A DNA stretch of 32,000 nt. Source: Alkanindiges illinoisensis DSM 15370 (GTDB taxonomy: Bacteria > Pseudomonadota > Gammaproteobacteria > Pseudomonadales > Moraxellaceae). This document shows, one piece after another, positions 16,976 through 27,173 of this stretch. The translations under genes were made by a program, and so were the position numbers. The notes below the pieces were generated by a model that was not told the DNA's origin, searched no databases, and saw only the letters and a list, made by a program, of their open reading frames with translations. Position 1 is the first letter of the stretch. Each line of letters opens with the position of its first letter. The stretch spans positions 415,190-447,189 of the forward strand of contig NZ_JHUX01000004.1 in NCBI RefSeq assembly GCF_000619845.1. The letters are read 5' to 3'.

Positions 16976-17779
16976 CTAGCTGTTTGAACCATCAGCTGTT
17001 GAACCAGTGCCATTTGAATCAGTAGCACTATTCCCATTGCCAGCATAGTTGTCACCATGAATTTTCTTTTCAATGGCTTCATAGCTGGTGTGGCGAACAT
17101 CAAGCCCTTTCACCATATAGATCACCTGCTCGGCAATATTACGCGCATGGTCACCCACCCGCTCCAGTGAGCGCAAAATCCATAGCACGTTAATGACCCG
17201 GCTGATATGACGCGGATCTTCCATCATGTACGTCATGAGGGTACGGGTTGCAGATTGATATTCGCGGTCAATATCGGCATCAGCCTGCATGACACGCAAC
17301 GCTTGCTCGGCATCCAGACGGGCAAAGGCATCCAATGCTTCGTGGATCATCACCCGCACCTGATTGCCAATATGCCGGGTTTCCATGTAGCCACGCGGCG
17401 ATTCCCCTTCTTCACACAGGGTCTGTGCAATGCGGGCAATCTTGGCTGCTTCATCACCAATGCGCTCAAGATCAGTATTGGCCTTGCTAATGGCAATCAC
17501 CATACGCAGATCACTGGCTGCCGGATGGCGACGTGCCAGAATCAGCGTCAGTGCCTCATCAATCTGGGTTTCCATCTTGTTGACGATCTGGTCTTCATAC
17601 TGCACTTTAAGCGCCAGCGCAGCATCAGTTTCCAGCAAAGCATGGATGGCATTGGCCACCTGCTGCTCCACCAGTCCGCCCATACTCATGAACTGGGTGT
17701 TCACGTCTTGCAGGTTTTCATTAAACTGGGAGGAGATATGGTGATTAAACACCGCTTTATTGGTGGTAGGCATAAACAA
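16976..17779 (-). CDS. phoU: Phosphate signalling complex protein PhoU
   Basis: 267 aa, collinear with E. coli PhoU (HISSQFNENL, MGGLVEQQ, ARRHPAASDLR, LERIGDEA, LMTYMMEDPR, ERVGDHARNI). It carries an extra Gly/Ser/Asn-rich C-terminal tail. Confidence 0.92.
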   Translation of the reverse strand: MFMPTTNKAVFNHHISSQFNENLQDVNTQFMSMGGLVEQQVANAIHALLETDAALALKVQYEDQIVNKMETQIDEALTLILARRHPAASDLRMVIAISKANTDLERIGDEAAKIARIAQTLCEEGESPRGYMETRHIGNQVRVMIHEALDAFARLDAEQALRVMQADADIDREYQSATRTLMTYMMEDPRHISRVINVLWILRSLERVGDHARNIAEQVIYMVKGLDVRHTSYEAIEKKIHGDNYAGNGNSATDSNGTGSTADGSNS

Positions 17780-17891
17780 ACCTGTTCAATTTTTTAGCAA
17801 ATATTACAACAAAATTTAATGACATTTTGATGACAGTCACCCTACCATCCGTCGTCCTAGCCCTGCAACCCAGCCTAATTGACAGACCGGA

Positions 17892-19373
17892 TCATGGAAT
17901 ACTACCAGAAGCCATGGTTTTAGCAGATGGCGTTGCCGTTACTTGCTGATCCGTTGATGGCTTAGTTACTGAGGCATTCCCAGCAGGGGTGTTGTCCAGC
18001 CATTGATTGATTTCCGCCAGCGCATCAGTATCCAGTTGTCCTGTTGCATGTTTTAGCCGCAGCATATTGAGCACATAATCATAGCGGGCATTAATATAAT
18101 CCTGCTCGGCAGCAAAAGAATTACGTTGTGCCAGCAACACATCCACCATGGTACGCAGTCCCAGATCATATCCGGCCTGCGATGATTGTGCGACCAGACG
18201 ACTGGACTGCATGGCTTGCTGGCGGGCTTCAATGCGGGCACGGTCGGTATTCAAGTTAATGAACGAGGAGCGCACCGAACCGGTGACCTGCCGTTCAGCC
18301 ACGTCAATCTGGTCACGCGCGGCAATCGCCTGATAACTGGCTTGCGTCACCGCAGTCTGGGTTCGTCCACCGCGGTATAGCGGCAGGTTGAGTTCCAGCC
18401 CTATGGCACTGCTGCGGCCATTGTTGCTGATCAGGCTATCCGGAGTTTGCTTGTTCCAGCCCGTTTGTGCCACCACGTCCAGTTGCGGATAATAGCCCGA
18501 CTGCTGGATTTTGCGGTTTTTCTCGGCAATCTGGTATTGCAGGCGCGCCTGACTCAGTTGCGGATTTTTTTGCTTTGCCAGATCAACCCATGCCTGAATC
18601 TGATTGGGTACGGGTGATACGGCTTCAAAATCGGTACTGAGTGGCGCCAGATTTTCTGGCGTATTGCCCAGAATAATGGCCAGATTTTCCTGCGCATTAA
18701 TCACCTGGTTTTCACCAGCAATCCGGTTAGCCACGGCATTCTGGTACTGGGCAGCCGCTTCACTGACATCCGTACGCGCCACCACGCCTTCCTTAAAGCG
18801 CGCCTGCATCATGTTCAATTGCCGTTGCAGTGCTGTTTGTTCTGCATTCAAGGTGGCAATCAGGTTTTGTGCACGCAATACCTCAAAATAGGCTTCTGCC
18901 ACCCTTAAAATAAAATTTTGCTGGTCACTAATAAAACGACTGTCATTTAAGCTGGTGGCAACCTTGGCCTGCTGGTACTGCTGCCACAAGTCCATGCGAA
19001 ACAGGGGCTGCCGAACAGCCAGTGCGGCCTGACGGCTGGTTGATGCCGAAGAATTGACCGGCTGGCCCAGCAACATATTGCTTTGCGGATTATCTGACTG
19101 AAAACGGTTACGGTTAATGGCACCTGATAGGCCTACGGTAGGTAAAAGTCCACCCAGTGCCAGCCGTTCCTGCTGCTGATCAGCGAGATACTGGTTTATC
19201 GTGACCTGCCAGCTGGGATCATGCGTCTGCGCCTGCCGATAGGTTTGCAGCAAGTCCTGTGCAAACGCAGCGGTATTGGCTGAGGTACTCATCAGCGCCA
19301 GCAAGCATCCCCATAACACTTTTGTTTGTCCCGACCATCCTGACCGGATTTTAGCTGCCTGTTTTTTCATCAT
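17892..19373 (-). CDS. tolC: TolC-family outer membrane efflux channel
   Basis: 493 aa. Signal peptide ending AAFA|QD, then DLLQTYRQAQTHDPSWQ and two repeated alpha-helical/beta-barrel halves typical of TolC. Confidence 0.85.
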   Translation of the reverse strand: MMKKQAAKIRSGWSGQTKVLWGCLLALMSTSANTAAFAQDLLQTYRQAQTHDPSWQVTINQYLADQQQERLALGGLLPTVGLSGAINRNRFQSDNPQSNMLLGQPVNSSASTSRQAALAVRQPLFRMDLWQQYQQAKVATSLNDSRFISDQQNFILRVAEAYFEVLRAQNLIATLNAEQTALQRQLNMMQARFKEGVVARTDVSEAAAQYQNAVANRIAGENQVINAQENLAIILGNTPENLAPLSTDFEAVSPVPNQIQAWVDLAKQKNPQLSQARLQYQIAEKNRKIQQSGYYPQLDVVAQTGWNKQTPDSLISNNGRSSAIGLELNLPLYRGGRTQTAVTQASYQAIAARDQIDVAERQVTGSVRSSFINLNTDRARIEARQQAMQSSRLVAQSSQAGYDLGLRTMVDVLLAQRNSFAAEQDYINARYDYVLNMLRLKHATGQLDTDALAEINQWLDNTPAGNASVTKPSTDQQVTATPSAKTMASGSIP

Positions 19374-19605
19374 GTCACATGCTATTCATTTCATTGTTGT
19401 GGAGCCTATGCTGCGCCAGATTATCAGGATAGCTATCATCTATAAAACTATCGTTTTCAGAATGCCAGCCAACTGCTTGATACAGTAGAACTGCGCCTGA
19501 AATAGCTACCCTTGAACGAACAATCAATGGCGTTTTGCATACCGTTTTTGTTTTGTGCAACTGTCATGGACAATTGATCAATTAACCACTAATCTACAGC
19601 ACATA

Positions 19606-19716
19606 CCGCTTGACGGAGCGCCTGTGGAACAGGCTGAGATTATACACACTATTCCCTAGTACAGTATAAGTACCGTTGAACCTGATCTGGTTAATACCAG
19701 CGTAGGAATCAAGCAG
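19606..19716 (+). promoter_or_regulatory. TPP (THI-box) riboswitch in the thiC leader
   Basis: P1 is GCTTGA (19608-19613) paired with TCAAGC (19709-19714). Conserved cores present: GGAGCGCC...CTGAGA (19632-19640) and ACCGTTGAACCTGATCTGGTTAATACCAGCGTAGGAA (19672-19708). Confidence 0.88.
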
Positions 19717-19762
19717 CACTAGATGGCTAGTGTACCTGATATTTTTTTATGGTTTTGCTTGA

Positions 19763-21694
<1,932 letters not shown>

Positions 21695-21807
21695 ATCGTT
21701 ATGGCTTGATTTATTCCTGACGAAAATTTTATCAAGCTTTCAAAAGCTGGTAAAAACTGGTTTAACAAGGAATAAAAGAAAGTCATCCAACAAAATGCTA
21801 TACGACG

Positions 21808-21835
21808 AAAGGCAGGTTGATTTCCTGCCTTTTGT
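21808..21835 (+). terminator. Rho-independent terminator after thiC
   Basis: AAGGCAGG (21809-21816) pairs with CCTGCCTT (21824-21831), followed by TTTGT. Confidence 0.6.
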
Positions 21836-21859
21836 CATACACGCTTGTCTGGGAGTTAA

Positions 21860-22489
21860 ATGATGACTGCTGCAAAAAATCCCTACCTGATGTTTTCAGT
21901 TGATGACGTACAGGTATTAAGCCGCAATACGGTTTATTCCGGTTTTGCCGAAATTGAACAGATCGAAATCCGGCATCGCCTGTTTGAAGACCAAAGCTTT
22001 AGCAAGCCCATTCAACGCGAGTTGGTCAGACGGCCAGAAGCCGCTGGTGTATTGCTATATGATTCCAAACAGCAACTGTTTGCCTTAATTGAGCAGTTCC
22101 GGATTGGTGCTATTGATGATACAGACAGCGCATGGCAACTGGAAATTGTGGCAGGACTGGTGGATGAAGGCGAAACTGCTGAAGACACTGTCATCCGTGA
22201 AGCACTGGAAGAAGCCGGCACCCAGATTGAAAATCCGCAGTTCATCTTCAGTTTTTATCCGTCTGCCGGAGCCAGTAATGAATTGTTTCATTTATATGCC
22301 GCAGATACAGAACTAAGTCACACAAACCAGATTTTTGGTGTCATGGACGAGGCAGAAAATATCAGGCTACACGTGCTAAAATATGAGCAGCTACATAAAT
22401 TGTTAAGTCAGGCTACATATTTAAAAAATAGTCCGGTGATTATTGCCCTGCAATGGCTGGCAATGCAGTGTTCTCCGGCAAAACAGTAG
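21860..22489 (+). CDS. nudF: ADP-ribose pyrophosphatase (Nudix hydrolase NudF)
   Basis: 209 aa. Nudix box GLVDEGETAEDTVIREALEEAG, and a C-terminal VIIALQWL as in E. coli NudF (same length). Confidence 0.85.
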   Translation: MMTAAKNPYLMFSVDDVQVLSRNTVYSGFAEIEQIEIRHRLFEDQSFSKPIQRELVRRPEAAGVLLYDSKQQLFALIEQFRIGAIDDTDSAWQLEIVAGLVDEGETAEDTVIREALEEAGTQIENPQFIFSFYPSAGASNELFHLYAADTELSHTNQIFGVMDEAENIRLHVLKYEQLHKLLSQATYLKNSPVIIALQWLAMQCSPAKQ

Positions 22490-22551
22490 CCCGTCAGATA
22501 TCAGGCTGCACCCAGTACGCATAATACAGCAGGCAGGAGGCGGGTTCCGTT

Positions 22552-23379
22552 GTGATTTATCAGGTTGAAATTCCGGCTTCGGTGTTATCGCAAGAACGTC
22601 CCCTTCGTCTGGTGCAATGTTCAGACATGCACCTGTTTGCCGACCCGGCCACCAAACTGCTGGGACTCAATACCCAGCACAGCTTTCAAAGCGTCATTGA
22701 GCTTATCCAGCAACAACAGCCCAACATTGACCTGCTACTCACCACGGGCGATATTGCCCAGCAATCCTCGCCTGAAACCTATCAGCGTTTTTTAGCCACC
22801 ATGCAGCCGCTACGGGCACCGCATTTTTGCATTCCCGGCAATCACGATCTGGATGAAGCTTATCATTCCGGCTTGCGCATCAACCAGTTGCCCTGCGAAG
22901 TCATTATTGGCAACTGGTGCTGTATCCTGCTGGATTCTACGGTTGACCATGAAATTGCCGGCAGCTTTAGCAACAGCACGCTTGAATACCTGCAGCAGGC
23001 GCTGGAACGGCAGCGCAACCGTCATGTGCTGATTGCCCTGCACCATAATCCGATTGCCGTGGGTTGCGAATGGCTGGACCAGCACATGCTCAAGACCAGC
23101 CAAACCTTTTTTAAAATCCTGCAGCCTTTTAGCAATGTAAAACTGGTACTGCATGGTCATGTGCACCAGATTTTTGAGCAGGTCTATGAACAGGTCAACT
23201 ATTTATCCTGTCCCTCCACGTCGCTTCAATTTAAGCCCAAGAGTGCCAAATTTACCCTTGATACCGCCAATCCCGGCTACCGCTGGCTGGATTTGTATGC
23301 CAATGGCTATTTTGAAACTGATGTATGCCGGCTGGAGAATTTTAATTTTTATATTGATTATCAAAGTGATGGTTATTGA
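22552..23379 (+). CDS. cpdA: 3',5'-cyclic-nucleotide phosphodiesterase CpdA (metallophosphoesterase)
   Basis: 275 aa with a GTG start. SDMHLF, TGDIAQ, PGNHD, LHHNP and GHVHQ are collinear with E. coli CpdA, including the PSTSLQFKP...FTLD tail. Confidence 0.85.
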   Translation: MIYQVEIPASVLSQERPLRLVQCSDMHLFADPATKLLGLNTQHSFQSVIELIQQQQPNIDLLLTTGDIAQQSSPETYQRFLATMQPLRAPHFCIPGNHDLDEAYHSGLRINQLPCEVIIGNWCCILLDSTVDHEIAGSFSNSTLEYLQQALERQRNRHVLIALHHNPIAVGCEWLDQHMLKTSQTFFKILQPFSNVKLVLHGHVHQIFEQVYEQVNYLSCPSTSLQFKPKSAKFTLDTANPGYRWLDLYANGYFETDVCRLENFNFYIDYQSDGY

Positions 23380-23588
23380 AGGTATTCAATAAAAATAATA
23401 AACCCGTCAAACCTACACGCTTTTTAGCAAGACATTACCCTTGTTTACGAATTAAACTATCAACTTGAGAAGAATCTCTATATTATTCGTGCGCTTTTGC
23501 AACGGCTGGTCGATATTTTTGCTTGAAGGGTTGCATATTACCCCTGTTTTTGCGTATAGATAACACGTGTTTGATGAGGATGCCCATA

Positions 23589-24134
23589 ATGGCTATTGAG
23601 AACCAAGATTCTGGAACAAACGGACAAGTTGCAGCACTGGCTGACATTACAACACCAGCAGCAAAACGTGGCCGCAAACCAGCAACAAAGAAGGCAGATA
23701 AGGCCACTGGCGATGTACCTGCAGGCTTATACGGGATTGCACCTTATCAGCCCGGTGCCAAAGAAGAATACATGTCGCAAGGGCAACTAGAGCACTTTCG
23801 GAAGATTCTGGAAGCGTGGCGCAATGAGCTGATGCAGGAAGTGGATCGCACCATGAGCCACATGCAGGATGAATCTTCTGCGCTGCCGGACATTAATGAC
23901 CGCGCCACCCAGGAAGAAGAATTTGCCATCGAACTGCGTACCCGTGACCGTGAACGTAAGCTGATTCGCAAGATCGAGCAATCGCTGCAAGCCATTGAAG
24001 ATGAAGACTATGGCTACTGTGATACCTGTGGTATTGAAATTGGCCTGCGTCGTCTGGAAGCGCGTCCAACCGCAACCCAGTGTATTGATTGCAAAACACT
24101 GGCTGAAATCAAGGAAAAGCAAAACCACGGTTAA
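23589..24134 (+). CDS. dksA: RNA polymerase-binding transcription factor DksA
   Basis: The ORF is open from 23523. ATG 23589 (MAIENQ...) is preceded by GAGGA with an 8-nt spacer. The coiled-coil carries the DxxDxA-type tip (DINDRATQEEE) and the C4 zinc finger CDTCG...CIDC. Confidence 0.9.
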   Translation: MAIENQDSGTNGQVAALADITTPAAKRGRKPATKKADKATGDVPAGLYGIAPYQPGAKEEYMSQGQLEHFRKILEAWRNELMQEVDRTMSHMQDESSALPDINDRATQEEEFAIELRTRDRERKLIRKIEQSLQAIEDEDYGYCDTCGIEIGLRRLEARPTATQCIDCKTLAEIKEKQNHG

Positions 24135-24148
24135 ACACTGCTGGATTA

Positions 24149-25105
24149 ATGCAACAGAATACCTTTCCCGATCTCTCCTTGTTAAAAGAGAGATGCTTTC
24201 CCTGTGAAGGGGGAGTTAGAAGAGGTCAGTATAAGGGTCGGTTTGCGCCATCGCCAACTGGCCCTTTGCATTTTGGTTCACTGCTCACCGCGCTGGCTAG
24301 TTATTGTGAAGCCAAAGCACAACACGGCCAGTGGCTGGTGCGGATTGAAGACACCGATATTCCGCGGATTCAGGCGGGTGCAGAAACGGCCATTTTAATC
24401 GCGCTGGAAGCCTTTGGCTTTGAGTGGGATGAAGCTGTAGTGCGCCAGCAGGATCGGCTGGAATATTATAAACAGGCGCTTGAGCAGCTTAAAGCCAGTG
24501 ACCTGATTTATGCCTGCCAGTGTAGCCGTAAGCAGCTTAGCGGATTAGGTGGCTTAAATGGATTGGGCACATATCCGCAAACCTGCCGCCCTTTAAACCT
24601 GCCATTTGAGCAGCATGCCATTCGCCTCAAAACCACGGACCAAACGATTTGCTTTGATGATTTGATTCAGGATCATTGCTGCGAAAGCTTAAGCCAGACC
24701 ACTGGTGACTTTGTACTCAAACGCCGTGACGGCATTATTAGTTACCAGTTGGCCGTGGTGGTAGATGATGCATTACAAGGCATTAACCATGTAGTACGCG
24801 GTGCTGATCTTCTGGACAATACGGCACGGCAAATCTGGCTCGGGCACTGCCTTAATCTTCCCCGGTTAAATTACTGCCATATTCCGTTAGCAATGAATGA
24901 TCAAGGACAGAAATTGTCCAAGCAGAATCTGGCCAAGCCGCTAGATTTGACACAAGCCCCGCAGTTAATTCAAGCCGCATTAAAAGCATTAAATCAGCCG
25001 GATATTGCGCTGGATAGTCCTCAGAGGATGCTGGTGCAGGCGGTGAGTCAGTGGGATATGGGGAATATTCCGAAGATAGCTCAATTAAAGAATATTTTTA
25101 ATTAG
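24149..25105 (+). CDS. gluQ: Glutamyl-Q tRNA(Asp) synthetase
   Basis: 318 aa. GRFAPSPTGPLHFGSL (HIGH-type), WLVRIEDTD, YQLAVVVDD, VVRGADL and KLSKQN are present. It lies directly downstream of dksA as in E. coli (dksA-yadB). The start is uncertain because ~30 aa precede the conserved core. Confidence 0.88.
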   Translation: MQQNTFPDLSLLKERCFPCEGGVRRGQYKGRFAPSPTGPLHFGSLLTALASYCEAKAQHGQWLVRIEDTDIPRIQAGAETAILIALEAFGFEWDEAVVRQQDRLEYYKQALEQLKASDLIYACQCSRKQLSGLGGLNGLGTYPQTCRPLNLPFEQHAIRLKTTDQTICFDDLIQDHCCESLSQTTGDFVLKRRDGIISYQLAVVVDDALQGINHVVRGADLLDNTARQIWLGHCLNLPRLNYCHIPLAMNDQGQKLSKQNLAKPLDLTQAPQLIQAALKALNQPDIALDSPQRMLVQAVSQWDMGNIPKIAQLKNIFN

Positions 25106-25306
25106 AAGATTTATATCTTTATCATTAAAAATTATTCAAATATATTTCGCTTAAAATTTTATATAATATGTATTTTATTAACTTTAAAAGAATTTATAAT
25201 AGTTACTCAGGTATTAACATGCATACAGAAATACTAAAAAAATTTCATTTCAAGTTATTATGATAAACCTCATGAAGAAACTATCAGAATAACTATTAAT
25301 AATTAT

Positions 25307-25723
25307 ATGGAGAATAGCAGTAATATTTCCATAGACCTGCTGGAAATTATATCAAGTGAATTCTATAGTGAGGCTTTGCTACTTAAAATTATACAAAATA
25401 TAGATCCTACTTTTTCATACAACTGTATAGAAGCAGAAATTTTAGCAGCCCATTATTTTTTAACTATCTTAAACGATTATCTAACAGGTAAAATAAAGCC
25501 ATCCGATTTATGTCGTATTTTTAGTAATATTGAGATTGGATTTTTAGACGCACCAAGAAATCTTAGTATTGATGTCTTGTACTATCCAGAATGGATAGGA
25601 TCTTTATATGATGCTTGTGATTGGTGTGATGAAACATGGACAATAGAAAATATGCCTCATCTGCTCACCGCTGCAAAGCAGCAAATTAGTTTAATTAGAA
25701 AATGGTTATCAAACTTTAATTAA
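25307..25723 (+). CDS. Hypothetical protein (AT-rich orphan, 138 aa)
   Basis: This is the only long ORF in an AT-rich stretch. It has no signal peptide or TM segment, is acidic and Trp/Cys-containing (YDACDWCDETW), and has no clear RBS. I recognise no family. Confidence 0.45.
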   Translation: MENSSNISIDLLEIISSEFYSEALLLKIIQNIDPTFSYNCIEAEILAAHYFLTILNDYLTGKIKPSDLCRIFSNIEIGFLDAPRNLSIDVLYYPEWIGSLYDACDWCDETWTIENMPHLLTAAKQQISLIRKWLSNFN

Positions 25724-25876
25724 GCTAATTTAGGATTATAGAAAAATAGGTTTTGGTTACTTATATATTTCCTCTTAGTTAGTAAAGTTTAAAAGCTAAT
25801 ATTTAATAATGATTTAAACTTGACAATAGAAGTAGTTCAATTCTCAGGTAAGGCGTTTTTATATATTAATTATTTT

Positions 25877-26554
25877 CTAAGAGATACGCATATCACCCTC
25901 TACCTTTCCATGCCTTAAACAAGCCAGTTCATGTGCTTCATGGCGCGGTTCCAGCTGCCCTGCTTCAATCCATTCCTGAACTGCTGGCAAAGCACGTAAC
26001 CTTGCTGCATAAGCCAGTACCGGCTCACTAAGTTTGAGCTGATAGGTTTCTATCCTTAGTGCGACAGGTGCAAAAAATGCATCTACAGCAGTAAAACTAT
26101 TTCCTGCTAAAAACTCGCCACCAAAACGGTTTAACCCTTCCTGCCATAATTCATCAATACGGGTAATGTCTTTTTGCAGCATAGCAGGGATACTTTGCAT
26201 TTGTACTTTTAAACTAACATTCATGGGGCATATTTCACGTAAGCTCGAAAACCCTGAATGCATTTCTGCAGCAGCACAGCGTGCCCAAGCTCTAGCCATC
26301 TGATCAATCGGCTAAACACCAGCATGATGTTCCCCCAGAAACTCGACAATGGCCAAGGAATTCCAAACTACCATTTCTCCCAGTTTTAAACAGGGCACTT
26401 TGCCCGTGGGAGAAAAAGTACTAAAGTTGTCCCAGTTATTTTCACCGAAAAGGTAAATATGCTCTTTAAAAGGAATACCCAGTTCTTTCATCAATAGCCA
26501 CGGACGCAGCGACCATGACGAATAATTTTTATTAGCAATAAACAGTTGATACAT
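25877..26554 (-). pseudogene. Glutathione S-transferase family gene interrupted by one in-frame TAG
   Basis: ORFs 26312-26554 (N-terminal thioredoxin-like half, NKNYSSWSLRPW...GKVPCL) and 25877-26299 (C-terminal helical half, AAEMHSGF...) are in the same frame (678 nt in total). The minus strand reads ...CAT GCT GGT GTT TAG CCG ATT GAT CAG ATG..., with the amber codon at 26312-26314. Confidence 0.8.
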
Positions 26555-26681
26555 AAGATCTCTTTCAAAAGTCTGGTTTCGACAAACTCAATTGCCCTAA
26601 TAATGGCAGAGATAACTCTTTACCATGCAAACGATCCTGCCAACTTACAGGAATGCGATACTATTCATAAATATCAAATTA

Positions 26682-26990
26682 TTAATCTTTCCATAGTTCA
26701 AAATTTTTGCCTTCTATTTTAATCAGGTCTCCAGACTGCATTTCAATTTCTAGATACATCAGCCCATTTTCTAGTGATAGCGGCCCGTTAGAACTATTAA
26801 TTAATATGCTTTTACCCCAATCATTTTTTTGAGAAACGTCAAGAGTAGTGAAATCCTTAATGAGCATTCTTGCTTTCCCTGTACCATATAAAAGTTCAAT
26901 TTCAATTATTGCTTGCTGCCAATTTATATAGAAGCCAATTAAAGACCAGTCATGCAAATGAAACTGTTTTCCTTGGGATTGTTTTAGCAT
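26682..26990 (-). CDS. Hypothetical protein (AT-rich orphan, 102 aa)
   Basis: Clean ORF in AT-rich DNA with no signal peptide. Predicted mostly beta (alternating hydrophobic pattern IIEIELLY, MYLEIEM, LIKIEG). Its size and composition recall small immunity-type proteins, but no family is recognised with confidence. Confidence 0.45.
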   Translation of the reverse strand: MLKQSQGKQFHLHDWSLIGFYINWQQAIIEIELLYGTGKARMLIKDFTTLDVSQKNDWGKSILINSSNGPLSLENGLMYLEIEMQSGDLIKIEGKNFELWKD

Positions 26991-27111
26991 TTCATGTTTT
27001 CCTGTACTTTTATAATCCTGTTATATCCTTATTTTTTGATTTATCTATCGTATTAATAATTAAATCCATAATCTTATCTTTATATTTCCATCTTTTAGCC
27101 TTTAATCATCG

Positions 27112-27144
27112 CCTTAAAAAACAAAAGGCAGCAATTGCCGCCTT
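27112..27144 (-). terminator. Rho-independent terminator after ftsW
   Basis: The minus strand reads AAGGCGGC-aatt-GCTGCCTT followed by TTTGTTTTTT (stem 27125-27144, one mismatch). Confidence 0.6.
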
Positions 27145-27173
27145 CTGGTAATGATGATTTTAATTAAATTTAA

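Noticed and set aside
16976-17060. Gly/Ser/Asn/Thr-rich C-terminal tail on PhoU
   Set aside because: It is a low-complexity extension after the complete PhoU fold. It is likely a lineage-specific disordered tail, and nothing indicates a separate function.
17207-17797. 196-aa ORF on the plus strand, plus the nested 17430-17744 ORF
   Set aside because: It is fully antisense to phoU, whose protein is collinear with E. coli PhoU. This is a typical shadow ORF in moderately GC-rich coding DNA, with a Gly/His/Cys-rich nonsense-like composition.
19375-19560. 61-aa minus-strand ORF ending 1 nt before the tolC start codon
   Set aside because: It has no RBS, no signal peptide, TM segment or motif. It lies in the divergent tolC/thiC regulatory region, where promoters are expected. 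The tight junction is suggestive but is insufficient evidence by itself.
26870-27151. 93-aa plus-strand ORF in AT-rich DNA
   Set aside because: It is antisense to the 102-aa ORF and runs into the ftsW terminator. It is very hydrophobic and Phe/Leu/Ile-rich, as expected from translating AT-rich non-coding sequence.
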